Origin: Dicyema japonicum
Lineage: Eukaryota; Animalia; Dicyemida
Direction of reading: 5' to 3'
DNA length: 64,000 nucleotides
NCBI GenBank assembly: GCA_011109175.1
Contig: RDEW01000085.1
Coordinates: forward strand, 45,975-109,974
Below, one piece after another: positions 33,888 to 47,158 of this stretch. The position numbers and the translations under genes were made by a program. The notes under the pieces are model-generated. The model worked only from the letters and a program-made list of their open reading frames with translations, ran no database searches and was not told the origin of the DNA. How positions within the stretch are numbered: position 1 is the stretch's first letter; the number at the start of each line of letters is the position of its first letter.

Positions 33888-35969
33888 ATGTCATTTCCTA
33901 ACAGAATGCCTGGAGTCCCTCAAATGACTTCTATGCCACAACCAGGTCAGTATCTTAAATATTCGAAAATTATAGCTCACATGCATAATCTTTAATAGGC
34001 TTCCTACCTTACGGAGTTCCGATGCCTCCTAATGTTCGTGTGGATGTACTTATTATAGATGGTACCTCCCGTTCAGCCTCCTTTGATGCAACAATCGCCA
34101 TGGGGAGTCCCTCTCTCTCAGTCCATGCAATATTCTGTCTTTCGGGAAATTCCGTTTTCTGCGACAACGGCTTTCATCGGGAATATCCCCGAATGTGCCC
34201 CGGATTGTTTAATCCGTCAGCTGGCTGAGGTCCCCCCGTCTTTTAACTCCCAGAAATGCGGACCCGTTTTAAACTGGAAGAGAACTGAGGGATCTAACGG
34301 GAAAAAGCATGGTTTTCTCGTACTTATGATTATTAGCTTTCGCCTTCTGCGACTTCAAGCACCCCGAGTCTACCCTCTGTGCCCTTAGGATTCTGGACGG
34401 CTATAAAGTGGCAGGAAATCCCCTCGTGGTCTGTTAAATGGAGATAATTTTTAGGTTAAGGTGAACACGAAGAGCCGAGCCCAGTTGGAAGAGTACCTTC
34501 GGCACAAAATGCCCGGAGTCCCCATTCCTAAAGTGGAGTCTAAACCTCCGTTAAATGCCGATACAGCGGCTATCATTGTTCAGTTCGACATGTTGTTGAG
34601 AGAATATGCTGGTGTTTTGGCGGGGGACCCTGAAGCTATAAGAACTATGAGAATCGACGCTCGTGAAGCACGTGATGTATGCTCGATCGACAAGAAAAGC
34701 AAGGTACCTATGTTAGCCATTGCAGAATGACCGTGAGGATGGTTCGGATGGACTGCGTTCCCGGGCTGACAGGTAGTTGTGCCCGGGTAACTCCCAGTGC
34801 TGCTGAAGAGGACGAAGAACAAGCGAGGATAGAACGCGAGGTTCGAGAGAAGGAAGAGTCTTATATGAATGTATGCGTTCTTGTTTATTAAGGCGTTGAG
34901 AAATTGGGAGTCTAGGGAACGGAAGAAACGGAAGGACTTCGAGAAGGAGCTTGAACGAAATGAGGAGAGGGTCAAGTCTCTGGTATTCCGTGATTCTAGT
35001 AGTAGGCACGTGATAATAAGCGCCGATATGAGATAATGGTTTCCTATGATGATGATAGGGATGATTCAAAATACTACAGGTGTGATGTTGAATTAGTGTC
35101 TAGAGGGAGTAAGTGGATACAGTTGGTGCACGCACGAGAACGGGAGGCTGAGTGGGATAGCAGAGACAGGGATAGGGAGATGGCTGAAATAGAGGAGATG
35201 CGTTCTAGTATTATCAAGAGAGGAGGGAAGCACGTGGAGGATAGACTTTTGCAATTTGAGAGAGCGATGGTTATGAGAATGGACGGAGAGGTTGTTGAAG
35301 AGGAGGAAATTGTTTCTACCGAAGAGGAAGAAGTGGAAGAGGATGAGTTTGTTAAGACTGAGTATCCTATGGAGGTAGAAAAGGAAGAGAAGATTGAATT
35401 TACAGAAGTCCAGGCAGTTGGAAATGAGGAGATTGGATTTACCGCTGTGAAACTGGCGAGTTCTTCCACGGAGAACCAGAAGGAGTCTAAAACCACACAG
35501 TCGGTTATATTTGAGAACGACGAAGAGGAGGAAATGATTGTGCCCGAGAAGATTGATAAGCCCAAAGTGGATATGACTGAGCATCTCAAGTTTGTGGCTG
35601 CTCAGGAGAAGAAGAAACTGATTCAGAGTATCATCGATAAGATCCCGACTGACCCTGATGAGTTGTTTAGAGTTGACATTAACTGGTCTGTGGTGGACAA
35701 GGATCTTATAAACAATCGCCTTCGGAATTGTGTGAATAGGAAGATAATTGAGTACATTGGGGAGGAGGAACCGAGTCTGAATGATTTCATATGTGAGAAG
35801 GTGATGATGAGAGTATCCCCCGCAGAGTTGGTTAAGGATATTTGGGCGGTAGTGTGTGGATTTATGGTTTTAGATCCTTGAGCAAGAAGCTGAGGTATTT
35901 GTTGTAAAGTTGTGGAGGTTGTTGGTGTTTGAGACTCAGTCAAAGATTGCGGGAATTGAGAATTTATAA
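33888..35969 (+). CDS. RBM25: RNA-binding protein 25 (RRM, ER-rich region, PWI)
   Basis: RRM AFIGNI..LIRQLAEKCGPVLNWKR..AFAFCDFKHPESTL.ALRIL; YDDDRDDSKYYR; PWI IIDKIPTDPDELF..KIIEYIGEEEPSL..EAEVFVVKLWRLLVFET; introns of 53, 25, 24, 25, 26 and 25 nt among others. Confidence 0.95.
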
Positions 35970-36079
35970 TTTAATGTCATAATAAATTTTTGAGATTTTT
36001 TTTGATTAACCTTTGTTGTTCGTTGTTGTTCGTTTAGTTTTATGTGGTACATTTGTTTGGTGGGGTCTATTCTACCTGG

Positions 36080-36585
36080 NNNNNNNNNNNNNNNNNNNNN
36101 NNNNNNNNNNNNNNNNNNNNNNNNNNNNNNNNNNNNNNNNNNNNNNNNNNNNNNNNNNNNNNNNNNNNNNNNNNNNNNNNNNNNNNNNNNNNNNNNNNNN
36201 NNNNNNNNNNNNNNNNNNNNNNNNNNNNNNNNNNNNNNNNNNNNNNNNNNNNNNNNNNNNNNNNNNNNNNNNNNNNNNNNNNNNNNNNNNNNNNNNNNNN
36301 NNNNNNNNNNNNNNNNNNNNNNNNNNNNNNNNNNNNNNNNNNNNNNNNNNNNNNNNNNNNNNNNNNNNNNNNNNNNNNNNNNNNNNNNNNNNNNNNNNNN
36401 NNNNNNNNNNNNNNNNNNNNNNNNNNNNNNNNNNNNNNNNNNNNNNNNNNNNNNNNNNNNNNNNNNNNNNNNNNNNNNNNNNNNNNNNNNNNNNNNNNNN
36501 NNNNNNNNNNNNNNNNNNNNNNNNNNNNNNNNNNNNNNNNNNNNNNNNNNNNNNNNNNNNNNNNNNNNNNNNNNNNNNNNNNNNN
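36080..36585. other. Assembly gap (N run)
   Basis: Run of N. Confidence 1.
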
Positions 36586-39170
36586 GTCCTTGTCATCATC
36601 GACCTCATTTTGAGTGCTAGGTCGAAGCCGGACGAAATCTGTTATCCGCTATCCATCGTCTTGTTTCAAGGATTGTCAATAGGGATATTCCCAGATATGC
36701 TAGAGCAGGGGTGTCAAACTCATTTCGCTTCGAGGGCCGCATTTATAATATTTTCTTATAAAGGGATGATTAGTTTTGATATATTATTTTTTAAAAATTA
36801 TTTATTATAATGAAAAACCAAAAATAAGAGAAACTTATTTATTTAATTACAGCTTTTTAATTTTTGGTGAGCTGCTAGACATCGTTTTTGGATACAAAAT
36901 TTTGATATATCAGGGTCTACTTTTCGTGTAGATCCGACTCTTATTAANTTATTTATTTAATCACAGCTTTTTAATTTTTGGTGAGCTGCTAGACATCGTT
37001 TTTGGATACAAAATTTTGATATGTCAGGCTCTACTTTTCGTGTAGATCCGACTCTTATTAAAGCGGATAAATTTTCACCAGTTTATCGCGTTCTTTTAAC
37101 AGTTTTTGTCAATTTCATTAATAAAAGTTGTTCACGCACGTACCGAACTAAACAAAGAAATGATTTTTGTCGCAAAATTTTTAAAGTTTTTAAACTTTCC
37201 TGGAAGATATGAAAATAAGCAGTTTTTCCAACCTCAAAATATTTAGCGTTAAATATAGAATCTGATTAGATTTTCAATAGTTCTTTTTTAAGCTTTCATT
37301 TGCTTTTCATTTTGTTTGTGTTTTGGCCATTCATTTCCATAAATAGAATTATTTTTGGTCTCAACAATAAAATATTTTAACAACTTTTTTAAGTGCTAAC
37401 CAGCGGATTGGATTATAAAAAGGAATGTCGCTGAACTGATTATTCATATCTATCGTCTCAACAATAAAATATTTTAACAACTTTGTTAAGTGCTAACCAG
37501 CGGATTGGATTATAAAAAGGAATGTCGCTGAACTGATTATTCATATCTATCAGCAGTTTACTAAACTGCCTGTGGTTGAGAGCATGATTTTTGATGTAAT
37601 TTACTGTTTTCAAGACCAAAAATCGTATTTTGCATTTTTAAAATATTTCAGTTCAAAATTTCTTATGAATAATACAATGAAAGTGAACAGATTATGACCC
37701 TGAATTTAACTTTTCTATTTCAGCCTCCAATTTGGCAACAACACCAGCATGTTGTCCAACCATATTCGGATCACCATAGGTGCACAAACATACAAGCTTT
37801 TTCAAATCAATTTGTAGTAGTTTTACAAAGATGTCTTTACTTATAGTGGTGGTACCAGTTCTTCATAAATATTAAAATCTAAATCACAGACTCTAAAAGA
37901 TTGCTAATTGTGCAATTCTAACAACGTCGACTGTTTCATGACCGCAATAGAAAAATAGTCGATTTTAACAATTCGGACTTTAATTGGTGTTTCAAAGATA
38001 TTTCATTAATGTTTTCGGTTAATGAAATATCTTTAAACAAGTGGGAGTTGTCGGGACAAATAATTTTTGCTGTTTTTACAAGCATTGCTTGATGAAATCT
38101 CCATCGCAGTATGATTTTCCTAAATTGCAAGCATTTTGCTGATTTCATATCTTGCAGTAACTGATGCACTACTTAGATTATGATTTTTTGTGACATGAGT
38201 CTGTAACACATTTAAATTTTTCACAATTCATTTAGCTTTGAAACACACATTGGACCTTTTTGGTTAATAAGCAACTTAATATCTTTGAAATAATTGTATG
38301 ATCGATGATTAGATTGGTAATGCCTAGGCTGTATTCGTTCGGTGTAGCGATAAACTGGTTACACATCAATGTATTTTTCCATCAACCGTTGTGCAAAAAT
38401 AGACAAGTTCCCATTTATCTTGAAACACTCTCCGTTCATCGTTCAAACACCGCTTCTTAATTCCAGAAGAAACATGTGCCATTGACAAACAAGATTTACA
38501 AATACTATTAAAAAATTAATTAAATGTAAAAAAATAACTTTGTTTAAAATGATTTTTGTGTTTTATAGCCATTAATTGGGCCGCATCTATACTTGTCGAG
38601 GGCCTCATGTTTGACACCCCTGTGCTAGAGATATTTCATTTGGCGCGAACCTCATCCATTCGACAAGCGCAATGTTATCCGTCTGCAAAAAAAACGTGTA
38701 TCTATTCGGCTGGCACCAAAGTTTTCACCTATGCAGATTGAGGTGGGGGTCGGAAATGGTTGCAACACTGTCATCCATACAACAAGATTCCGAGGACTCT
38801 GGGAGGAAATTTACTTGCTGTTAAATTGGATATCTTCAATACATTTAACAGTGTTAGGCGGGATTGCCTCTTTCAAGCTTCTGATATCTGGAAACTGGTC
38901 ACCCTGCCATATGGTACGGACAGCATTCTTGTCTTTGGAGACAATATTTTCTGTTCTCACATTAGTGTCTAGTAGACCACTCCTTTTTGCTCTAACCGTC
39001 GATGATGTTGCACGCATTTTTTGTTTCCGGTTCAATGGTTTCTGATTGACGCCACGATCGGAGAATTCCAGGACTTCGTTTTGAAGGATCTCCATGTCAT
39101 TGACTCGTCCTTGAGAGGTCTCGGTTGAGGTGTTAATACTGAGAACATCGGAGGAGGTGATCCATGTATC
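36586..39170 (+). mobile_element. CRE-clade RT remnant split by a hAT insertion (segments 36586-36705 and 38631-39170)
   Basis: Joined flanks read EAGRNLLSAIHRLVSRIVNRDIPRYARDISFGANL; then QIEVGVGNGCNTVIH and VKLDIFNTFNSVRRD. Confidence 0.75.
36706..38622 (-). mobile_element. hAT (GTF2IRD2/EPM2AIP1-like) non-autonomous element with both TIRs and a perfect TSD
   Basis: TIRs CAGGGGTGTCAAAC / GTTTGACACCCCTG; 8-bp TSD TGCTAGAG at 36698-36705 and 38623-38630; decayed transposase RVFQDKWELVYFC on the minus strand. Confidence 0.9.
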
Positions 39171-40478
39171 ATTCCTTTGTGTTACCATAAATGTATGTAG
39201 TTTAGTGAAAATACCAAAATATATTTTCACTGTAATATTCACACTTTGTTACAATTTGGAAATTCAAAGATTTTCAATTAGCCGCGAGTTATCCATATTT
39301 GCCCTCGTTATTAATAAGCACTGAAGTTTCTTTTAACGCTTTATAACTAAAATATATGTAAACCTCGTGTTATTTAGATAAATAAGGCATTAAATAGCAT
39401 TTGACTTATGCGAGTTCCACGCGATGGCCCAGGAAGCCCCTATCAGAATCATTTGATCTAATTCCGTATTACATTGTCCTTAAAGCATTTCTACTTGAAC
39501 GACAACAAAGATTCTTGGGCGGACAAATGACTAAACAACCCCCTCTACATCATTTTTGTAAAATACCTCAAAAACCATTTAAGATACGAGAAAACTCAGA
39601 ACAGTTATGAAGAGCGGTTCAAGGTTCCCGTCCCCGCCGGTTTCGACATTCCTCTTGTTACTTGGATTCACATAGATGGACATTCTTTCTCTATCAACCT
39701 AGTGGTCCTGGGTCAATAATAATTACGGTACACATAAAGTAGCTAATGGCTCTAAGGGACTTGTAGAAGCGCCCAACACTCTCAGTTTTACCCTCGATGG
39801 CAATCGGTCACTTACATGTTAATGAGGTTGGAGGCAGCTAAAAGTAGATCTGAACCTTTCTGCCAAGATTTAGATTAAAAAACATACATTTTATAGTTTG
39901 TAGATGAAATGAGAGAACTTAAGTATTGTTTTGTAGATTTTCGAGGTAGAGTGGGAGGTACTCTTTATTATCTGTTCGGGAGTTAATAAGTGAAATACGT
40001 GGGGATGGTGAAAAATTAGTTCAGCCAAAACATGGTGAAAATTAATCAGTAAAGACAAAATCGATTGGAANACATTTTATAGTTTGTAGATGAAATGAGA
40101 GAACTTAAGTATTGTTTTGTAGATTTTCGAGGTAGAGTGGGAGGTACTCTTATTATCTGTTCGGGAATTAATAAGTGAAATACGTGGGGTTGGTGAAAAA
40201 TTAGTTCAGCCAAAACATGGTGAAAATTAATCAGTAAAGACAAAATCGATTAGAAGAAAAACATTTCTCCTCCTAATTCCTTCTCTAAGTACATTGGTTC
40301 CAGAAACACGTGCTGAAGTCTAAAAAGTGTAAATTTTTCATTTGTCAAAAGTGAATTTAAAATCTCTTCAGTCATCACCCTCAGAACGAAAATTGAGGAA
40401 ATTCTGAAGGAATAAAATATGTATAAAATTTTTAAAATAAATTTTATTTAATTTTATATTTTTTATGGGAGTTGTGTT

Positions 40479-41236
40479 ATGTGGGGCGATTCAGATTCCG
40501 ATGTTCCGACAATGAACAGTGTTTTTGCCGTCGATGATAGCTTCCATGTGGAAGAGGATCAACTGGAGTCGTTTATTCCAAGCAATGGATCTGAATTACT
40601 TGCTTTAATAAGGGCAGAAAGAAAGTTTGCTTAGCAATAATATATAGTTTCCTTCCAAAAGTCTCTATTGCTGCTTCTGGAAATCCAAAATCATCGATTC
40701 CAACTCATATGGATGAACCGAGTTTTGAATGTCCTAACAATTTCATCCCCTCAGACGAATTCCGTCGTAAACAAAACGAGATCTTCACCGAAATCCGCGA
40801 AAAGTTCGAGACCAATCGTTCTCTATTCAAACCGAGAAAATTAACCTTCAAAATCCCAAAGAACAAGACCATGTGGAAAGAGTGCCTGCTTTTGGCCTTT
40901 CAAGAAAGCACTCCTCAGCCTATCCTGAGTTTGATCTACAAATTACGTCAGAAGGATGTTTTCCTGGCATTGACTGCCATAAATGAGTGGCTTAGTGATA
41001 ACAAAATTACCCACGTGTGCGGAATGTGGGTTTATTGCCTTTTGATTTGTCCCACGTGGCCAATTTACCCTGATTTGCACTCTTTGCTTAGAGATATCGC
41101 TCGTAAACTAATATTAGAAAGAAAAGAGCTGAGTCACGTGTCTGATTTTAGTGATACAGAGAGATTGAACCGAATTAATCTTTTTTTAGTCATTATTTGT
41201 GATTACTTTGGGCAATCTGATTTGCTTTTATTGTAA
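40479..41236 (+). CDS. GEMIN2: Gem-associated protein 2 (SMN complex)
   Basis: PQPILSLI..WVYCLL..P..PDLHSLLRDIAR..NLFLVIICDYFGQSDL matches the Gemin2 C-terminus; N-terminal exon joins through a 23-nt intron. Confidence 0.85.
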
Positions 41237-41379
41237 ATTTATTTTTGAATAATATTTTGATATTTATTGGAGAATATAACATATTATTTTATAGTCACGT
41301 GAGGACATGGACAATTTGTTACACATGAATTAACTTTGAGTATGAAAACACTCAGAATCCGAGTAATTTGATGACCCAC

Positions 41380-41640
41380 ATTATTATTATTAACCCCAGG
41401 CTTACAATGGTAAGCCCAGCACAAACAGTCACAAATAATTAATCCAAAGAAGGAACCAAAGGGAGAATATCTGCTTGTGCTGACCAAATCCATCTTCCAA
41501 TAATTCATTAGATGCTTCCGAAGAGAAGTAGGTCTGCCCTCTTCCATTTCGTTCCACGTCCTACCGTCGCAGACATCATTCCATTTCGTTCCACTTCAGT
41601 TGAATAGTTTTTCATAATGTTATCTTCATCAGAGGATTTG
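41380..41640 (-). repeat. Partner of the 10375-10640 dispersed repeat
   Basis: Direct alignment on the reverse strand, ending CCTGGGGTTAATAATAATAAT. Confidence 0.75.
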
Positions 41641-42049
41641 GTCAGGGAGAAGGTAAGAAGATCCCTTTCAACTGCTGTGTCGTGCCAGACGGACTCGTCG
41701 TCTCACGGGTGGGGCCTGTTTGACAAGAATTGACCTTTGCTGAAAATTCCATCTTTCAGATTCGAATCCACGACCTTCAACAATCCGATGTCATAGACTT
41801 TCGTTCAGCCAGAAGGCTTATGACCCTTATTTATTTAATAACCCCGAAAAGGGAACACCAAAAAAGAAGGAGCAAACCAACTAATTAAGTTATCCCGGTA
41901 CACCTCTACAGGATCGAGAGGTTTTTCCTATGTTCCTCCACAGTACCCACCGCTTTCCTGTATAGACGACGATCATCTTTCACTAGAGTTTGAAGAGGTG
42001 AGCGTTCAACTACAACACATTTGACTTCATTGTCTCAATTTATATCAGA

Positions 42050-43070
42050 AGGGTACGGCTTTCCTGTATAGACGACGATCATCTTTCACTAGAGTTTGAA
42101 GAGGTGAGCGTTCAACTACAACACATTTGACTTCACTGTCTCAATTTATATCAGAATGGTTCAATGAACCGAAACGCCGTCTACGGACAATATTGGTTTC
42201 CCTGGACAACCAGAAAGCATTCGATTCTGTCCCGAGAACATTACTCACGAAAAAGGTTTTTGACACCATCATTCAGCCGGCTTTGAAAAGATGGATAGCC
42301 AATTTTCTTTCCGGAGAAAAAGGACATTTATGTATAGGCCACGCAAGATCGAGGTCCCGTATTCTACCAAATTGCTTCCCTCATGGATCACCCCTCTCTC
42401 CGGCGTTATTCAATTTATTCCTAAACGATTTACCCTGCCTTGGAGGACCAGATTCAATGCTTCTCGCATATGCTAACGACCTCATTATCGCTAGCAGGAA
42501 CAAATACGCGGATATGAGCTTCAGTCACATATTGACGACCTGGGAGCCTGGTTGAATTTTAATCGTCTCTCCATATCCAGGGATAAATCATCGTATACTA
42601 TCTTCACTACAGACAGAGAAGAAAAATATACACTGGATTTGAGCATATATGGAGACTCTTTACCTTTACAGATTCATCTAACTATTCTGGGAGTGACTTT
42701 CTAACCTTTGATGACATTTTCTCAACATGTGAAGAACGTTATGACAAAGGGTTTCAGGAAACTGAATATAATGAAACCGCTCTTAAAGTCCAGGCCGTCA
42801 CGGGAATGCGCTGTCGTCTTGTACTATGACCCACATCATTCTTATAATGTGACCAAACAGTTTCCAGTACGTCTTCATGATCAGAGTAGTTAGAGGTGCC
42901 TTCCCCAATCGGATTCCTCTGCAGAGATGAGAGAAGGCTATTTCGTACGGTATTGGGAACAATGGGAAACCACAGACTTCTGATTACGGGAACTGGGATT
43001 ACTTAACTGTCTAACGTTTCTTTTTTCTTTCTCGGTGATCCCGGGGTTCTAAATAAATAAATTCAAATTT
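42050..43070 (+). mobile_element. 5'-truncated LINE (Jockey/I-like RT and 3' end)
   Basis: LDNQKAFDSVP, HGSPLSPALFNLFLNDLP, LAYANDL, TILGVTF..MTFSQHV; ends GGGGTTCTAAATAAATAAA. Confidence 0.85.
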
Positions 43071-43389
43071 ACTTGTAATGGATTTTGATATTGAGAATTA
43101 GGTAACGCTTAGCGCCTGTGACAAAATACCTTAAAAACCACCCAAGATATGAGAAAACTATATTTTCTTTCTGGGGAGCCATCCAGGATTATCATCCACG
43201 TAGTATAGAACCTCCCACATCTCACTCTGGAGTCACTTAGTTAGTTGGGTCGTGGACTATGTGTTGTCCGACTAAGTGATCGTATCATTATACTAATTTA
43301 CAACACTCTGATAACTGGGTCAAGTGTGTCTGCTAGGAAGCACGCCATAATAACGACCGAAAAAACACGTGCAACTCACCTAGGCACTA

Positions 43390-44150
43390 TCAGACCTTTT
43401 TAAGTATGGTGTTGATGATGGTGGGCTAGTAAATGTGAAGGCGTAGATCGAATTAAAATATAATAATTTAATTGAAAAGATCAACTTCAAAAGCCTACAT
43501 ATTTGACAACCCACACGTTGACCTTAAGTCGTCGACAATGTTACTAAACTACGGTGACAAGTCACTTCGATCGAAAGCGTTGTACACGTATATGCAAGAC
43601 CGCAATATTTTTGGGGTCAATCAACAGATACATGTCCCTATTGTAAGTCAAGTAGCATTTTGGGTAATCATTTAGTAATNTGAAAAGATCAACTTCAAAA
43701 GCCTACATATTTGACAACCCACACGTTGACCTTAAGTCGTCGACAAAGTTACTAAACTACGGTGACAAGTCACTTCGATCGAAAGCGTTGTACACGTATA
43801 TGCAAGACCGCAATATTTTTTGGGGTCAATCAACAGATACATGTCCCTATTGTAAATCAAGTAGCATTTTGGGTAATCATTTAGTAATTCGGTGCGGATC
43901 TATGCTCTGCCACGACTATTTGTGGAGGCATAAAGAGGTAGTGAAGAGTCTTCATCTACTATGCAATAAGTATGGTATTCGCCACATCAGAAAGTTGCTG
44001 ACTCAAAAGGTGAAATATGTAGTAGAGAACACCAGGGTCCATATCAAAGTGGACAGTAGTCTCCGAACCTCGGTGGTCGTCAAAAACAATAGACAAAGTA
44101 TTGTAATACACGATAAGGAATCTAGCCAAATCCTTACCATATGACTTTCT
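43390..44150 (+). mobile_element. RLE-type non-LTR remnant, same family as 10660-11432
   Basis: CPYCK..NHLVIRCGSMLCHDYLWRHKEVVKSLHLLCNKYG..ENTRVHIKVDSSLRT. Confidence 0.75.
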
Positions 44151-44514
44151 TGTAAACGAGATGGGGAAGATGCTTGGTTAGAAGGTCCTTGTTATTCTAT
44201 AGTATGACGTGGGAAGGAATTGAACAAAGTACCACAAAAGTTATCTAAGACAGATAGTAGTAGATAGGGAGCTCCAGGTCTACATACATTCCAATGTTTA
44301 ACGCGATACCCAAGAGACTGGATTATAGGAGATAGCATGTAGGCAGAGCGCTCAATTGAGCAGTGCGGTCTCCGAGCAGTTTCAGCAAAAGTACCACAAA
44401 AGTTATCTAAGACAGATAGTAGTAGATAGGGAGCTCCAGGTCTACATACATTCCAATGTTTAACGCGATACCCAAGAGACTGGATTATAGGAGATAGCAT
44501 GTGGGCAGAGCGCT

Positions 44515-44860
44515 CAATTGAGCAGTGCGGTCTCCGAGCAGTTTCAGCAACCAGAATCGAACCTGTTCAATTTGAATATAAACAACATGCTACAATCTAC
44601 AGACGAAAACTGTGTTCTATTTTCATATTCGGACGATATAGTCATTGCTGCAAGGGAAGCCACCCAAAAATTTTTGAATGACTTNTCAATTGAACAGTGC
44701 GGTCTCCGAGCAGTTTCAGCAACCAGAATCGAACCTGTTCAATTTGAATATAAAAAACATGCCACAATCCACATACGAAAACTGTGTCCTATTTTCATAT
44801 TCGGACGATATAATCATTGCTGCAAAGGAAGCCACCCAAAAATTTTTGAATAATTTTTCA
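44515..44860 (+). mobile_element. LINE RT fragment (duplicated)
   Basis: LFNLNINNM..LFSYSDDIVIA, equivalent to the YADD region. Confidence 0.5.
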
Positions 44861-45539
44861 AATAAAGCAATTGACTTATTCCATTAAAACAGTAGATTTA
44901 AAAAAAAGAAAATAATTAAAAAAAACATTAAACTTTTTAAATCGAATTACATTTTTTACCAAATTAAAAAAATTCGAAAATTTCAATCGAGCATATGTTA
45001 AAAGTCACTGTAATTTTTTCGATATAATGGCTGAGACAAAAGATTGGAATGCCATACTCCGAGAAAACTCGTTTGCAATCCATGCAGCCAGCTTCCTCAA
45101 CTAACATTTGTTTCTTTGTTAAAAAAATTTAGAAAAAAAATAAAATTAAATAAAAAAAATATATATAATTAACACAAAAAAAAGATTTTCGATATTAAAA
45201 AAAAGATTAATAATATGTATTGTTTCCTTTGTTTTTATTAACAGAATTTATTTTTGAATAAAAATATCATCAATTCGATTTTATTGNAACATTTGTTTCT
45301 TTGTTAAAAAAATTTAGAAAAAAAATAAAATTAAATAAAAAAAATATATATAATTAACACAAAAAAAAGATTTTCGATATTAACAAAAAAAGATTAATAA
45401 TATGTATTGTTTCCTTTGTTTTTATTAACAGAATTTATTTTTGAATAAAAATATCATCAATTCGATTCTATTGTAACATTGTGGCTTTCCGCATTTCCTC
45501 CTTGTTTTTTTAGGATTTTTTTCGATTTTCTGATTTCAA

Positions 45540-45970
45540 CAAGGTCCTCACTTGTTCGATTATATTTAAGTCAAATGACTGACTAGGCCAATTTTCTAGA
45601 CAATTGTAGTCGTTTCGACGTAAATATTCCTTAGTTGATCAAGAATTGTGACAACTTGCACCGTCCGGTTGCACCATCGTGCCTTCTTCAAAAATATTTG
45701 GTAGCCCTTTATTCAATATTCGTTGATATTCAATCGAATCCATATTTTGCTTGGCTAACACCGTCCTGTTGCATCAACATGCCTTCTTCAAAAATATTTG
45801 GTAGCCCTTTATCCAATATTCGTTGATATTCATTCGAATCCACATTTTGCTTGGCTAACATTAGTGTTCTTTTGCCAGTTAAAGTGATTGTAAATTTATT
45901 GGAAAATTTTTGGTGGTTTTTAACATTTTCTCGGGACTGTCGGCGCCTAAATGGAGCTAAGATGCTCAAT
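45540..45970 (-). mobile_element. Tc1/mariner transposase remnant
   Basis: VDSNEYQRIL..MQQDG; QPDGASCHNS..NWPSQSFDLNIIEQV. Confidence 0.75.
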
Positions 45971-46570
45971 TCTTTAACCCAATGGTTGGAAGGAATACGC
46001 CTGGAGGTGTCACCTAGGACATTTATGACCCTCTTTACATCTTGCAGACAATATTATACAAGAAGGCTTAAGACCATGATTAACGATGTGATAATTCCTT
46101 TTACGACCACATCAACCACAATGGGAGTGACATTTGACTAAGGACTTATATTCGGGCGAATGCGGCACAATGAGTATCCTGAATATAATCTCAAAACCCC
46201 TCGGAAAAAACTCTGGGTCCTTTTCCGTCATCTATCCACCATTTAGTACAACCATCATTAACCTACTGAAGTGAGTCGTGGTCAATGACCAATTCCCGAT
46301 CTTCTTTTTTGAAACTGTCCGCAATCCAGGAAGCTACCAAAATAGTAATTGGCCAAAATTTAATTTGCGTCCCTCTGGAAGCAGTTCTGATTAAACGACA
46401 ACAGAAGATGATGAGGGCAGCTACTCTCCCTAACAGCTCCCTCTATGAAACCATGAACAAATACAATAAAAACATACAAGATAACCACGTGTCTTTTCTG
46501 GGGAGCCATCCAAGATTCTCATCCGTGTAGGATGGGACTTCCCCATGTCGGTCTGGGGTCACTTAGTTGA
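45960..46570 (+). mobile_element. LINE 3' portion
   Basis: NSLTQWLEGIRLEVSP..TLFT..MGVTFD; ends LGSLS-stop (CTGGGGTCACTTAGTTGA). Confidence 0.55.
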
Positions 46571-47158
46571 AAATTTTCTTGTCACTATTAACTCAGTGAT
46601 TCTCGGGTAACAATTGCTAAGCCTTCAAAGTAAAATCAGTTGTAGTGTGTAAACGGTCGTGATTAGAATTCCTTCGATAAGATAAGCGACTAGTATTCTC
46701 GATATAATAATACTGCACTTTCGAAAAGGAATATTAGCTATAGATCCTCCTAGGCAAGACACTCACTTTATTAAGCAAAGAACAGTCATCATAACTAATC
46801 GATGTGGGAAAACCAAAAAATGCTCTTACTTCTTTGTTCTTTTTGTTGGGTAAAGTTCTTTTTTAGACGATCCGGTCCCACAGTGAGATGTTCACTGATG
46901 ATGGGGTCACTCGTATCCTCGATATAGTGGGAGGAAATGGCTCTAGCATTATTTGATTAAATTGTGGTGACTAATATTAGGATATTAAATTGTGGTAAAA
47001 CTTTGAAAATTGTTTGAACGTTGAATCCATTGTCAAAGCGATTACATCAATGTGATTATCAGAGATATCGAGGGAAAAAATGCGGCCAACAACATATTAG
47101 GATTAGAATGCATTACTTGATTCACTACTTGTGAATAATAATCGGCATTCTCTAAAAA

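Noticed and set aside
35074-35943. Ser/Leu-rich minus-strand ORFs as overlapping genes
   Set aside because: They are antisense shadows of the Glu-rich RBM25 coding strand
38811-39242. 143-aa minus-strand ORF as a gene
   Set aside because: It lies antisense to the CRE RT remnant and has no recognisable motif
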